NCBI RefSeq assembly: GCF_041956535.1
Contig: NW_027192207.1
Location: 467,374 to 531,373 of the forward strand
From: Calcarisporiella thermophila CBS 279.70
Taxonomy: Eukaryota; Fungi; Calcarisporiellomycota
Direction: 5' to 3'
Length of the DNA: 64,000 nucleotides
Below are positions 1-12,819 of the stretch, one piece after another. The notes below the pieces were generated by a model, which was not told where the DNA came from, ran no database searches, and was given only the letters and a program-made list of their open reading frames with translations. How positions within the stretch are numbered: the stretch's first letter is position 1; every line of letters begins with the position of its first letter. The position numbers and the translations under genes are program-made.

Positions 1-736
1 ATATATACGTACATTTGAGATTGTAATAAATTAATAAGGAGTTAAATCTTTCTCTCTAACTAAAAACCCCCGTCACATAAATCATTTTCGAGCTAGAGGC
101 GGCAAAGCTAGCCCCACCCCTCCCCCCTTCTCCCGACGGCCCTCCGAGAGGATCCATCGTCACCGTGGAAGTGAAACCGCGGACAAAAAAGGATGAATTG
201 TGCCATCGCGTCAGGGAACTGGAAGGAGCCGAGAGCATGGAAAAGACGGACTTCTTGACGGGAAATCTGGAAGGAAGCATGGAAGCTTCCTTGATACTTA
301 GCGTGTGGCAGCGAGCCTACACACAAAGGCCTTGTGCCCCCTCAGCCCGCACCCTCACTTTTCTCCTAAGAATAGGCTCCTAGCGTGGAGTCGAGAGGAT
401 GCAAAGAAATGCACAGCCAATCAATTTTGTAGCTGATAGTTCTCGATTTGGGCATATTATTCGATCGACTTTCATTGATTTTCCCTTTTTATTCTCTCTG
501 AACAAATACAAGGCAGGTCGCTTCTCTTCTCCCCCTCTTCTATCCCCTGTGTCTCCCCCTCCCTCTTCTTTAATGGTACTTGAACACAGTAAGATGAGGA
601 CGATACGAGCGCTATAGGACTTTGTTGAACTCTGATTCGTGACGATCTCTCCTTTAATCATCTCCTTTACGCTCTTTTTTTCTCTCTCTCCACTTTCTGC
701 TGGCATTGTATGACTCTTAATGCACACAAGAGCCAT

Positions 737-2030
737 ATGATGATCGAATTAATTCTAACGTTCTTACAATACATCCTCCTCTCGAACGCCATAATGGTGC
801 TCGCGAATAGCGCCTGCGCAAATCAAGGTAAATCGGCTGAACATTCTGATGCCTCTTTCTTCCTTGCTAATCGGTCTCCCAGCAGATGACACACGGGATA
901 AAAACGACCGTAATGACCACAATGATTGTGCCGACCGCAATGATCGTACTGACCACAACGACCGCGTGGAACGGCCCTCTCCAACGCTGAGCGAGAAGCA
1001 AGAGCGCCCCAGTACCACGCAAAACCCCCCTCAGCAACAAAATTCTGAGCGCATAGCTCGCCAAACCAACGAATCCCTCGCCTCGCCATCTGCCATTTCA
1101 AACCTCAACTTAACACCCAACCCGAACGGGAATTGCCGGATCAAGTGCAAGACCCCAAAATGCCCCATGGAATGCCCTCCCGGCACTCAATGCGCATTCC
1201 TAACGCGGACATGTACAGAGTGCGGCCGGGCAGTGTGTCTCCCTCCCTCTGTCACGGTCCCGACAACCGCAGCCATAGACTCAGACGACGAAGGTGATGG
1301 GGGATCGAGCTCTGGAGTTTCCAGCGTGATCGGGGCTGCGGTGGCAGTGGTGGTCCTAGCCATTGGCGCGTTAGCGTTTAGAAAGTGGAGAAGAAGAAGA
1401 CGGAGCAGAGCGGTCAAACACGAAGCTTCGGTCGATGTCATCAATATGAATAATATGGCGCGGGTAAGTGGGCTACTCTGGCCTCTCGCGTACCACTTCC
1501 ATCCTCCAGCCTTGTACTCACGGTTTTTCTCTCCATGATAGAATCCCAGCTCTGGCTCAGCCATCGTTCCCATCCCCTACCTCCGCCATCATCCTCCCTA
1601 CTCTAACCCTCTTCCATTGCTCCCGTCTGGGCAGTCGCCCAGACAAGAGGACGTGCCACCCCCGCTGCCCCCCAAATCGCCCACCCTCCCCAACAGAATA
1701 TTCGTCGGCGAGAGGACTCCAGGAAATAGGATACATTGGCAGGCGCCCCCCGATTCTTGCAAGGGTGCCCAGCACGGCCTGCCACTTGCTTCACAGACAC
1801 TCTCCCCTGGCATACTCTCCTTTTTATCGAGGGCCTCCATCGTGTCCAAGACATCGTCCAGACCCAACTCCAGTGAAAACGCCAGCAACCGTAGCGTTGT
1901 CTCTTTGCTCTCCGCCCAATACCTAGGAGGGGGAGGGGTTTCGGCATCCAATTCGGCTCGGTCCTCCAATGTACAGAGTGTGATGAGCGAGGGGGATGGC
2001 GAGGTCATTACCATTGTGTGGAATGGATAA
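737..2030 (+). CDS. Opy2-like single-pass membrane anchor protein (signal peptide, Cys-rich Opy2-type domain, TM helix, Pro/Ser-rich tail); 3 exons
   Basis: ATG 737 opens a hydrophobic leader (MMIELILTFLQYILLSNAIMVLA). Introns ~828-882 and 1464-1541 join the 849 and 1617 ORFs in frame. 8-Cys motif CRIKCKTPKCPMECPPGTQCAFLTRTCTECGRAVC, then TM VIGAAVAVVVLAIGALAF followed by RKWRRRRR. Confidence 0.75.
897..968 (+). repeat. Degenerate 9-bp tandem repeat encoding D-x-N/D-x-x tripeptides
   Basis: gataaaaac gaccgtaat gaccacaat gattgtgcc gaccgcaat gatcgtact gaccacaac gaccgcgtg. Confidence 0.8.
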
Positions 2031-2522
2031 TGGCTGCATGTATTATTTTTTTGTCTCAATTATTTTATCAACTTTTTTTATAACCTGTTTACTACGACTC
2101 CCTTTCTATTATATGCTATTTTCTCCTCATCAACGCCTCTCCCCCCCCTTTTTTTTTTTTACTTCTTCCTCTTGTTGTTTGTGTATATTTACTTGGATAT
2201 CAAGCTCCCCATTAATGTGTTGTTTTTTCTAACCCTTTGTTGTCTTCACTTGGCATTTCAAGAGGATGCACTTTTATTAATTTCATATTAATTAATATAT
2301 ATATTTTTTTTTCTCCTATCAAAGCTCTATCTTCAATCATTCCTACAGTGAGAAACACGAGAAGTAAGCAAGTAAAAAAAAAAAAAAAAAGAAACGCTTT
2401 ATCCATAAAACAAGCAAGTCACTGAGCCACCTCCCTGATCGCATGCTATTCTGAGAGATTGGCTTCCAAAAGATAAGAAAAGGGAGGGAGGAGGTGGGGG
2501 GAATTGCGTATACCATGAAGTG

Positions 2523-5423
2523 TCAAGAAGCGGCAGCGGATCGGCTACGTTTCGATGTCCGGCCTCGTTTTTTCGCACTCTTCTCCTCGTCCTCTTCTTC
2601 CCCGTCCCCCGCACCCTCCTCCTCGCCCTCCTCCTTCTGGCTGATGGATTTTCTCGCCCGCTTCTTTTTCTCAGCCTCCCCCTCAGTTCCATTCTCCTCT
2701 CCCCCCGTCTTCTTCCCTTTCTTCTTCTTTTTCTCCCCCGGCCGCTCTTCCTCGTCGCTGGACTCCTGTTGGCCGGGTGGATGGCATTTATCGCAGAACC
2801 AGTCGCCCTCCGGAATGGTATCCAACGGAGGAGCAGCGCAGAACGTGTGTTGCATGGCGTCGCACTTGTCGCACACGAGCAGCTTGTCGCCGTTGTCATC
2901 GCGACTGCATTTGATGCAAAATTCACTCACCTAAAACAAGACCGCGTTAGGCTGAGTGGATCCCCGAGTATTGAGCATAAAATTCTTTATACAAGGACAT
3001 ACTTACATCGGGTAGCTCTGGATATTTCGGGAAATCGGGCAGTTTGGGGTCATCGGGTTTGACCAGAAAGAGCGTATGTCCGTATCCACAGGAGACGCTA
3101 GAGGAGACAGGGAGTTAATGAGGTGTCTAAGAGACATAGCTAGCATACTTACTCCAGGACCCGAACATCGTCTAGCGGAGCCACTTTGGTGGGTACTGTA
3201 CATGACCTTGGCTGATCCTCTCCATACCCTAGCTCGCCGTACTGCGCGGCCTGACCCCAAGCAATGGTGCATACCTCCGAGTCGGAATCGGGTATCAGGA
3301 ACATGCTCACGTTGCCTCCCGACATCCCCTTGAAACTAGAAAGGAGCAACATGAATAGAATGGAATGGAATGGATGAGCGCCTCTGCTCGACAATATGGG
3401 GGCTAGTGATATACTTACGCCCAGCCATTCAGTTGGATCATTTGCCGAGGATACTACATAGGGTGGAGGGGGGAGGTGGATAGAGGTTATGCTACATCAT
3501 GGTAGAGTTCGACTAGCGAAGAGGCCATTACCATCCAAGGCTTTCCCGCGGAGCCATCACCCGTATTTTTCCACTTTCCCCACAAATGGAAGTTTTTTTG
3601 GACTATTATCAAGGAGGAGGGACGTCAGTCCAACGCCAAGACTTCTCTCCGAATGAGGGGCTTTACCATCAATGGCCATTGAAAATGTGGTGCCGCAGGC
3701 TATGGCGGTTGCCTTTCGATACTCATTACTTGCAAAAATGGGAATACTTGTGGCTACGGACAAGTCTTTTTGTTCCGAGTGGCCTAGCCGCCCATATCCT
3801 CCTATTTAGATTTAAAAAAAAATCAATCGAAATAAGATCCATCCTCCAATAGCCTGTACACGTTCCGAGAAGTTTACCAAATCCCCAGGAAAACACAAAG
3901 CCCTCAGAGCTCATTGCCAGTGAATGGCTAGTTCCGCAGGCGATCGCGGTAATTTTATGCTCTTGTAGACCCTTTACCAAGCCTATCACAGGAAGAAATA
4001 AGAAATAGAGAAAGCTTAGACATTGGACTAGGATAAATCTGGGGATTACTTGGTTGAGGATAAGGTGCAGCTGGTGTCTCAGTCGAGCCTCCATTTCCCT
4101 TGAAAACGCGATATATTCAGTTTGGTGGAATACAGATCAGCTCCCCCCAAAAAATACTACATACCAGCTGTCCGTGCTCTGAAGAACCGAATGCAAAGAT
4201 TCTGCCCTTATCTGCGATGAAGCAACCATTCATTAAATTATTACATTGCTTTGAAAAAGCAAGGCGGCCAAACAATAACTCTACCCGTTAGAACCAGAGA
4301 AAAGTCGGCACCACAGGCAACATCCACAATTTTCTCCTTCTTTAATGTTGTTATTGGTACAAAAGTGGTGTAAATCCGCAAGTTATCTAGACCCAGCTAA
4401 ACATGGCAAAAATTAATTTTAAATAAAAAAGGAGGGACGCGTCCACCATCGGGAAACATTAATACCTGACCGAATCTATTGTCGCCGGTGCCAAACACCA
4501 GGCCGGTCGCTATGATCAGATAAGAGTGGTTAAGGCGAGCAGGCTTGTGAAAATGGAACTAAAGCCAGAAATAGGAAGAGGACCCTTACATGATACTAAG
4601 AGCGTGTGATTTCTCCCAGTCTAAAAGAGAAATAGCCTTGAAAAGCCATGCAGCCATTACAAGAATAGTCACCCAATACATACCGCCGCCTTAATAATCT
4701 TTTGCTTTCCGATGGCTGCTGAGCTTTTAGCGCAGGTTTTCAAACTCACCGGGTACGGACGCACTTCCAAATCGTCCATGCCCAGCTGGCCCTTATCATT
4801 CCTTCCCATAACATAAACTCGCCCTTTTGCTATTCCCAAAACAAAGGTGCATGTAAGTAAGCGAGCAAAATGGAGACGAGAAGCGAAACAATATGTACTG
4901 TCAAGCATCACGCTGTGACAAGAACAGCAGCCTGTCACAATCTTTTTTACTCTGAACAAAATGGTAGGTGCATAATTAGATTAGCCCTTTTCATTTGCTT
5001 TTCTCTCGCTGGAGTTCAGCTCAATGGGTACCTTATATCTACCAGGTCTCGCAGCAAATGCGGAGAGGCGAGATTCGGCCTAAGTTTGCATTGAAAAAAT
5101 ATGGTTTAGAAGGGGTTCAGCAGCCATGCTTTTCGCGATAAAATGCTCACCATTCATCGTTGTCGGAACCACCATTCTTCGTTTTTCCTCTTCCAATGTT
5201 TGCCCAGTCGGTCCCACCACACATGCAAACTTTGCCTATGGAAAAATAGAAGTTGAAATGAGGAAGGAATTAGTTCAATTTTATTTTTTTTTTTTGTTCT
5301 CTTTCGTTCCCCTCTTTCCTCTTTTTTTTTTTTAACTTGATTGAACAGTTATTTTTAATAAAATAGTAGAGGGGAAAAAAGGGGAGCTATCACTACTTTA
5401 CCCCACTCTTGTTCGGTGTCCAT
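2523..5423 (-). CDS. RCC2/TD-60-like RCC1-repeat beta-propeller protein with C-terminal PHD finger and acidic/basic tail; many exons
   Basis: Spliced start MDTEQEWG|KVCMCGGTDWANIGR. RCC1 repeats VKKIVTGCCSCHSVML, GRNDKGQLG, IACGTSHSLA, AWGQAAQYGELGYG. PHD CIKC...LLVCDKCDAMQHTFCAAPPLDTIPEGDWFCDKC. Confidence 0.85.
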
Positions 5424-8400
5424 AGTCGCGTCGCTTTTTTTTTTTTACCGTGTCTAAGTAGTGGGTTTGAACTTACAAGAAGCACCCAAAAAAAAATCCG
5501 TTCTTCGACGTCAACTATCAGACTTATCCCCCTAGGATATTCCAACAGGCCTTTCAAATCCCTTTTGATAGATGTCATAACGTGTGCGGTCTTGTCATTA
5601 ATGTAACTCTGATCCATGGAACACGACAACAATGAACCGCTTGAATGGGAGCCAATTTAAATCCAATGATAAACTCTAGAGCAAAATCATTAGCTTTGCT
5701 AGCCATCTATTCAATAAATTTATATTCCTCCATATTCCTCAATTACCGTATCTCTGGGTCCAACGGTTTCCCTTGGTATTACTCCTGGAGAGGCCAACCA
5801 TGTAACCGCAAGCCATTTGATACCCTGCTCTGCTTCCATTACATCAGCAAAAAAAGAGACACTGCAACCTTATTGTGTCCCACTCTTGGATTCGGTCTCC
5901 CGCACAGGGATATTACACTGAAATCTATGAGAAACCTTAATAGAGTTTCATGAATTTAAATTCGCAGAAAATTGAAGTGTCTACGACGGGAATGGGAGTG
6001 CACCTCATTGTCTCGAGTTTCTTTTCATCTCGGGGCTGCTTAGGAGCGCACATGGCCATCCGTGAACCGCCCCAAAAGTCTGGAGAATGGCCAAGATCAC
6101 TGCTTGCGTGATTTTTGAATGAGGAGAATATTCAATTAGAAACATTTATCCTGCAAATATCTGTATATAAGCACAAAGGAGCATGCAGAAGCCCAAGGAA
6201 AAACCGTGTTTCTCTTTTATTCTTTAAACTTCCCCTTGTCATTCACCGATAAAAAATATAGAAAAAATAGTGAGGGACGGGAATGTTTCTTGCGCTTCGA
6301 CGTGCTCCTCTGAGATGTTCTTACAAGCACTAATTTTATGCAGCATACGACTGCTCTGGGGTTAAGATCATTTTAGTGTCATGCAAAGAGCGTTAAGACC
6401 CTGTTTTGCCTGTGTATGTTGGTATGGTGGCAAAAGGTCACAAGAAAATGAGGTGAGGTGACCGTGTTCAGATGCTCAGGCCCCAGTGTCTTATCTTGGA
6501 TCGTTAGTGCATAATAATAGAAAGCTTCCGGTCCCGATGACGAAAGAGATTACCCAAAGAGGCGACCGAAGCGGCCACATTCAGGCGCTAAGAACGCGGT
6601 TGGTTGGGTTGCCAGGACATTATGTAGCGGTTCGGGGGGTTGAATGAATAGGCCCATATGACGGGACAAGGCCTCTAGCAGCCTCCCCCTGGACCTCACC
6701 GACGTTCAGCCCGCTTGTACTTGCTCTGATAACGGCTAAGAAAAGAAAGACGTTGGCCCTGACGGACCAGGGCTTGGCGCTCGTTCCTCCCGCTCTAACC
6801 TAAAGCGAGAGTCTTATCACGGTATTTCAGTATGCTAACAACGGCAGAGATTATCCAGACCGCTGAGCAAAAAACGGCCACGACTGGGAACGTGAGTCCC
6901 ATAGCTATTCCTCTCATTGTGGTGTAATATACCCATCAGGCTGGATAGTAGGCTTCCTCGCGCAATGCTTACCATGCCACGCCGGGGATCCCAATCGATT
7001 CCCTGCTAATGGATGTTTCGCCTCGGCGCTGAAGCGTCCACCAGAACCTTGTCATTTAAGGTAAGTTAGAGCTTGTCGTGAAGTAAGGATTAAGAGAGCG
7101 AGCAAAATTCTGAATTTAAAAGTAGCGTGGGAATCTTATCGCACATGTTTCTAGAGTTAGAGGCGGCTGGTTCGTCGCCGAGGATCGGGTTTGAGGTGCA
7201 ATACCACGCTACGCAAGGGCGTATTCCCAGCGGAATGCAAATGCACTTTAATTAAACACAGAGTGTCATCCGAATCATTGGGTGCCGTGAGTGCGTGTTT
7301 TCGCTACGAGGACTAAGCACACCTCCTCTACTATCCCTGTTGCGTGCTAATTCCTAATTTTGGCGATTTTCCTGTCCAAAGACGAGCCATCCTCCATCCC
7401 CAGTAAAACCTCTTAAACAAGCTCAAAACAAAGCCCTCTATCCTGCCCTACCCCACTGAATACCCACCGGCCTGAGGATGCTACACAGCACTTTAGGTTG
7501 AAACCACACTGTACTCGCGTTTTGAGCTCTAGTTCTATTTTTTTTTTTTCCAATTGAAGGTACCATAACTCCCTCCCCCCCCATGAGACAAATAAACTTG
7601 TGGCCTCTCCCTCCTTATTATGTAAGCTCATTTGTTAATTTGTGACCCGAGAACGCGCTCGGTACTCCATGGCAAGCATGAGCGTATATATGATATGGAA
7701 AAGTGCGTCTCCGCTAAGACCGTGTCCATAGCGGAGCTGGGGAGGCCAGCTCTGGATCGCTTTACCTCGCAAAAGGGGAGGGGGAGTGAGGGAGGCACTC
7801 AAGAGAACCACGGCCCCGCTAGTTCTCGCGACGATAACAAAGCATGGCTGCCATACCGCCGAGAGGGCTCCGAGGAACGCCCTCATCCCAAGTGTGACGT
7901 TGAATTCATATCCCCGAACCTGTGCTCGCAACGCAAAGGGGGAAAATCACATTCTATGTAACGTACTACGTTGACCGATAGACGCTTTAATCGGGCTCGG
8001 CCTCGGAACCTTGTCTCCCGATGGTTCTCAGGGCTCGATGGCTTAGCATGGGGTGGGCGCATTCCCCATCGCCGCCACGGCCGGGGACGGGCCCAGGGGA
8101 AGGGGAAGCCAAGGGCGACCAGGAGGCGCCAAGGACCTTGCAGAGAGCGGAACTCTATCGCCTGAGAAAGGTGGCCATCGCGCCCCCCTCCCTGTCCAAA
8201 AATAGAGGATTTGCGACCCCTAGCGGGCTAAGACATAAATGGAAGAGTGGCCAATGGCGGGCAGGTTGGAAAATAATTCTCCGAGGCCACCTGCCCTCCA
8301 CACGGATTGGCTGGCTATCATTTTTTTGACAAGCTTTTTTTTTTTTCATGAGAACCTCAACTGACGTAACAACGTCAAAGCGTCAAGCGACAGGGCGGAC

Positions 8401-8993
8401 AGGCCGGATAGGCGGGATATGCGCAAATTTTTTCTCGCAGGCCTGGTCCAAGCTAGAACAAAAGCGAAAAAAAAAAAATTTAACACAAGCATGCGGGTCC
8501 CGGCGACAGGATGGGTAGGAACGCGAAGGTCGAGGCCGGCAACGGCGATGCGAGGCGATGCGAGGGAGGGCGGGCGCGGCGGCTGGTGTGCGGCCGGGGG
8601 TTGGACGGGCGCGGGGAAGGGAGCAGAGGGCAAGTGGGGTAAGCGGGGCGGGGGCGCTTCCCACAAGCAAGTTAAAAAGAGACAATCCACTATCCTGTAA
8701 AATTATATTGTCCCACATAACTAAGAAGCCACGTGCGATGATGAAAAACCACGTGGTGATGATTGTTTTATATGCTCTGAAATAAAATCCTTCCAACTCT
8801 CTCTGGCCAAAGTGCTCCAGCCAGGCTCTATCTTTCCCCTCCATTCTGCAAGCTCCCCTTCTCCCCATTTTCCTCATTTTCCCCTCCTTTCTTTGCATTC
8901 AAATCACGCATCCATCATCGGTATTTCTCGCTGGCAAAGAAGGTGTGAAGTGAAGAAGTGAAGAAGGGACCCCGACGAAAGAAAAGTGATATA

Positions 8994-9404
8994 ATGTCCT
9001 CACTCAACCGACTCTTCACACGACGGAGGCAAAAATCACAGGTAAATCTTTGTAATCATTCCGTAATCAGCGGTGATCTTGGATGGCCCACTCACCCCCC
9101 CTGGATGATTGCCCTACAGTCACATTCCGAACCCATCCAGCTACGCATCCAATCCAGCAAATCCACCAAAATCCCCACCCCACCCATGACCGCCCCCCAG
9201 CAGGGAACCGACTCGTGGGACGCCTACATCACCGACTTACAAAACGACCCCCTCTTTGATGCTCCTCCCCCTCCGCCACCCCCGCCCCCCGGCCATCCCA
9301 CCATGGCCATGAGCGCCCCCATCTCCTATCACCACTATTATGCGCAAGGTTACGATTATCGGAATACACATACCAACTATTCAAACTATGGTGCTGGGTC
9401 ATGA
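8994..9404 (+). CDS. Small Pro/Tyr-rich hypothetical protein, probably with one in-frame 78-nt intron (9042-9119)
   Basis: ATG 8994, canonical cag|gtaaat donor and ctacag acceptor, open frame with poly-Pro, followed by a pyrimidine-rich 3' region. No family recognised. Confidence 0.5.
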   Translation: MSSLNRLFTRRRQKSQVNLCNHSVISGDLGWPTHPPWMIALQSHSEPIQLRIQSSKSTKIPTPPMTAPQQGTDSWDAYITDLQNDPLFDAPPPPPPPPPGHPTMAMSAPISYHHYYAQGYDYRNTHTNYSNYGAGS

Positions 9405-9865
9405 ACAATCGGACTTGTCGTTGTTTTTCTTTTCCTTTAGTTTTATTCGTTTTGCTCTTATTTTCTTTTGCTTTGCCGCCACCCCTCCTTCTTCTTCTCC
9501 TCCCCCCCCCCCCCAAATCCCCCGCTACTCTTACTACTCCCTCTCTCACTGCCATTTTTGCTACTCTGACTGTTACTACTCCCGCGACTCTCGCTTCACT
9601 ATATATCATTTCCATCATGTGTATTATTATTGCTTCTTTTTGTTCTTTATAGCTTTGTAAATATATAAAGGAATAAACACCGGGCGGAAACAAAAATACG
9701 AGGGTGTTCTATTGTCTCTTATTCACAGATCCATTGCGTTATTATTTCGGATAATATTATACTACTTTGCAAAGTTTTAAGAAGAGAATAGAAAAAAAAA
9801 ATGGCGGAAGGGAGAGAGTCGTAACAAAGAAAACTAATTTTATCCGCTGGGGCGTGTGATAGCGG

Positions 9866-10900
9866 CTAGTAAGGGGCATAGTAGCCACGACGTCCTCTGA
9901 AATGGGAAGGCATGAATTAGTAGGCTGAGGGATGGCCATGCTCTTCAACCGAACTTACCTATATCGACCGCGGCCGCGGCCATATGACGGATAATGGTGA
10001 CCGTAGCCCATGAAGCGGCCTCGACCACGCCCCCGCATGGCCATTCCGGGCACATTGGTTCTCTTTGAGGTCACCTAGAGCAGAAGAGGAAGTTAGGGGG
10101 TGAAAAGGTCTGCTCGCATCCGCGGGCGAACCGAACAGAAAATGGCTACCTTGAGCAGTCGACCGCGGAACACCGACTCGTTCAGCGCCATGGCGTTGGC
10201 AACAAACTCAGGCTCGGCAAACTCCACATAGGCATAGCCTTTCGGGTGGCCGGTGAACTTGTCGCACAGAATCGTCACTCGATTGATGGTCCCGCAGGAC
10301 TGGAAGTGAGCCTGCAGCTCCTCAGGCGTGGTGCCATAGTCAACCTAATAATGAAAGCGATGAGTGGGCGAATCACCATAAGGCTTGGCAGAGACAAGGC
10401 AGCAAGAAATATCAAAAGATAAACTCCTCCTCCTCCTCTTCTTCTTCTCTTTATCCATTTTATAGTATCTTATTTTTTTAACATACATTGCCAACATAAA
10501 CTGATCGTGCATCAACCGCCTCTTTGCTTTCTATTTTTTATAATATTTTTTCGTTTTTTTAATCATTGTTTTTCCTTTTTAAGCCCTTTCTTTTTCCTCC
10601 CCCATGATCCTCCAAAAATAAACCCAATCAATCATTAATTACCTTCGCTCATTTCCTTCTCCACCTCAGCCTGCAACTCCCGCAGCTTGGCAGCCTCGGC
10701 CTCCATTTCCTTCACACGCTGTTTCATGGCCTCAAGTTGCTGAGGGAGAAGAATAAAAAAATCGCCGTGTTATTGTACCACTTCATAAAGGGCATCATCT
10801 TAGATCAGCGCTGGCAAATACTTACAGCCTCTTCGGGATTTTCGATCTGGTCACCGCCAGCGGTGTTGTCCTGCGGTTGCTCCTCCGGATGTGATGACAT
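9866..10900 (-). CDS. PAB2: Nuclear poly(A)-binding protein (PABPN1/Pab2/Sgn1), single RRM
   Basis: [22 protein letters not shown] coiled coil. [53 protein letters not shown]-rich tail ending YYAPY*. Confidence 0.95.
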
Positions 10901-11306
10901 GGTGTTTGATTTAGATGATAGGCGTTTCTCGATGCAAATCTCAAATTCTGATCACGGATCGCGATGAACAAGAGCACAAAGGATCCAATTGTTTACATTG
11001 GTCCCAGAGAAAATAGATGCCAGATTTCCTAAGCCATTCCAATCCCAGACTGCGGCAGAGAGGGAGAGGGGTTAGGTGGCGAGAACGAAAAATCATTCGA
11101 TCAGAAGCAGTCCTGAATTGCTCAAGGGCGAGAGCCCTTGGATGGAAAGGAGAAGGGAAACGTGTTCGAGAGTAATCTATTTATCCGGTCTAGCCAACTT
11201 TATTCCCTCGCACTGCCCCATCTTTCACACACCTGCACTCCTCTCCATACCATTATTGCTCCCCTCCATTTCCCCGCAATTCTAGTGTTCCCTTGCCTCT
11301 ACGAAC

Positions 11307-12300
11307 ATGTCGCACCACCATTTGGTCCTGAAGGTACTCCCTCTGCGAGGCCCCTCTTTGGTTCCATTCTTACTCACCCGTTTGGCCCTAGATCACCAAC
11401 GTCATCTTCTACCTCTTCTTCTTGGGTACTGGCGTCTATGACCTCTCCACGGGGAGCACCCCGGATGTCATTGAGCGCCACGCCTCATTCTTCGCCCCAG
11501 CGGACTGGGTCCAATATGCGTGGATACGTAAGTCCCCATCGGCATCCGCCGTGGCGTTCTTTTCATATTGGCTCGTGATAGAGTGGTTTATTGTTTTTTT
11601 TTTACGCTGCCAACCTAGTGACCTACATCCTCTTGGGCGGCTTTGTGGTGTACGAGTTCTTCGAAGGTGGCCACGAGACGGCTATCCACGGAGTGGGGTG
11701 GTTCTTCCCCGTGGCCGTGCTATTGAACACCGTTTGGTTCGATACTTGGGTAGAGTATTTCACTTTGCATAGGTAGCCCTGGGCCAGGCCATTTTGATTT
11801 ATGGATGTCTCTATGGATAGAAATACGGCTGGGGCCTCCTCTCCTGGTTCTCCATCCTTATCGTCGCCGGATTCATCTCCTTCATCTACCACAACCTGAC
11901 CAAGAATCATCCGATCACTGGCTGGGCGGACGCGCTCTTCGTGCACGCGCCTTTCTCCCTCTGGCACGGATGGGTGGTCTTCTTTGCCGTCGTCAACACG
12001 TTCGCCACCTTCACGCACCTCAAGGACGAGCCCTCGACCTTGGACATCATCCTGGTGATCCTCGGGCTGCTCTTCCTGACCTCGACCGCGGTGGGCTACG
12101 CGGAATACAAGAGAGGCGATGTCGCCGGGGCCCTCGTGATCGCGTGGGGCCTCTACGCCGTATTCGCCCGGCAGACGAACCCCGTCATCCACTGGGCTTC
12201 CTTGGCGGCGGCGATCATTTCCACCCTCTACCCCGCGAAGCCCTATGTGTTGAAACTCCTCGGGCGTCGCACCGAAGAGCAGGCTCCGCTCCTTGGTTAG
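11307..12300 (+). CDS. Multi-pass fungal membrane protein, loosely TspO/MBR-related, with C-terminal acidic dileucine motif
   Basis: Spliced exons give several TM helices (FAPADW, GVGWFFPVAVLLN, FVHAPFSLWHGWVVF, DVAGALVIAWGLYAVF) and end in EEQAPLLG. Confidence 0.65.
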
Positions 12301-12819
12301 AGAGGGGAACAGCCAGAATTGATCCCCTTTCTTCCCCCCCATGTCCACTTCTTGCAAGCGGGCCCTCAGGGTATATATATAAATATATAAATCACGTTTA
12401 TATTTATGATTATCTCCTTGTTTGTACGTGTTAAAGTATGTTTATTCTTTCCATCTTATCTTCATACTCTGTATCCCACCTCCTGTTGCCAAGAGGCGGC
12501 GGAAACCAATCTACTTTTATAATTGCTATGTTTTTCTTTTCAAGGTCAGAGTGGTTTTAATTTCTATTAAAAGGCCCGTTGGTAGCTAGCTTGTTTGACC
12601 ATCGCCACCCTTCATGGTGCGTCTTCCATATTAAGCCATACCTTCCGAATGCCTTGATTTCCTTTTATGGGCAAAATGTCGCGCTGAAGCGCTAGTGTGG
12701 AATGCGGTCTAATTTCTCGGCTTTAATTAACAGTAATTTCACATTAATCAATGCGATATTAAAATAAGGTACCACACTAACAGACAAGGATAGAAAAGAC
12801 AAAGATGCGCTATTATATT

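Noticed and set aside
6525-6580. Hammerhead-like ccgatgacgaaa
   Set aside because: Lacks the CUGANGA core and the supporting stems.
9780-9960. PABPN1-style autoregulation via the terminal intron and a 3'-UTR A-tract
   Set aside because: A terminal intron exists, but the sense 3' UTR is U-rich rather than A-rich.
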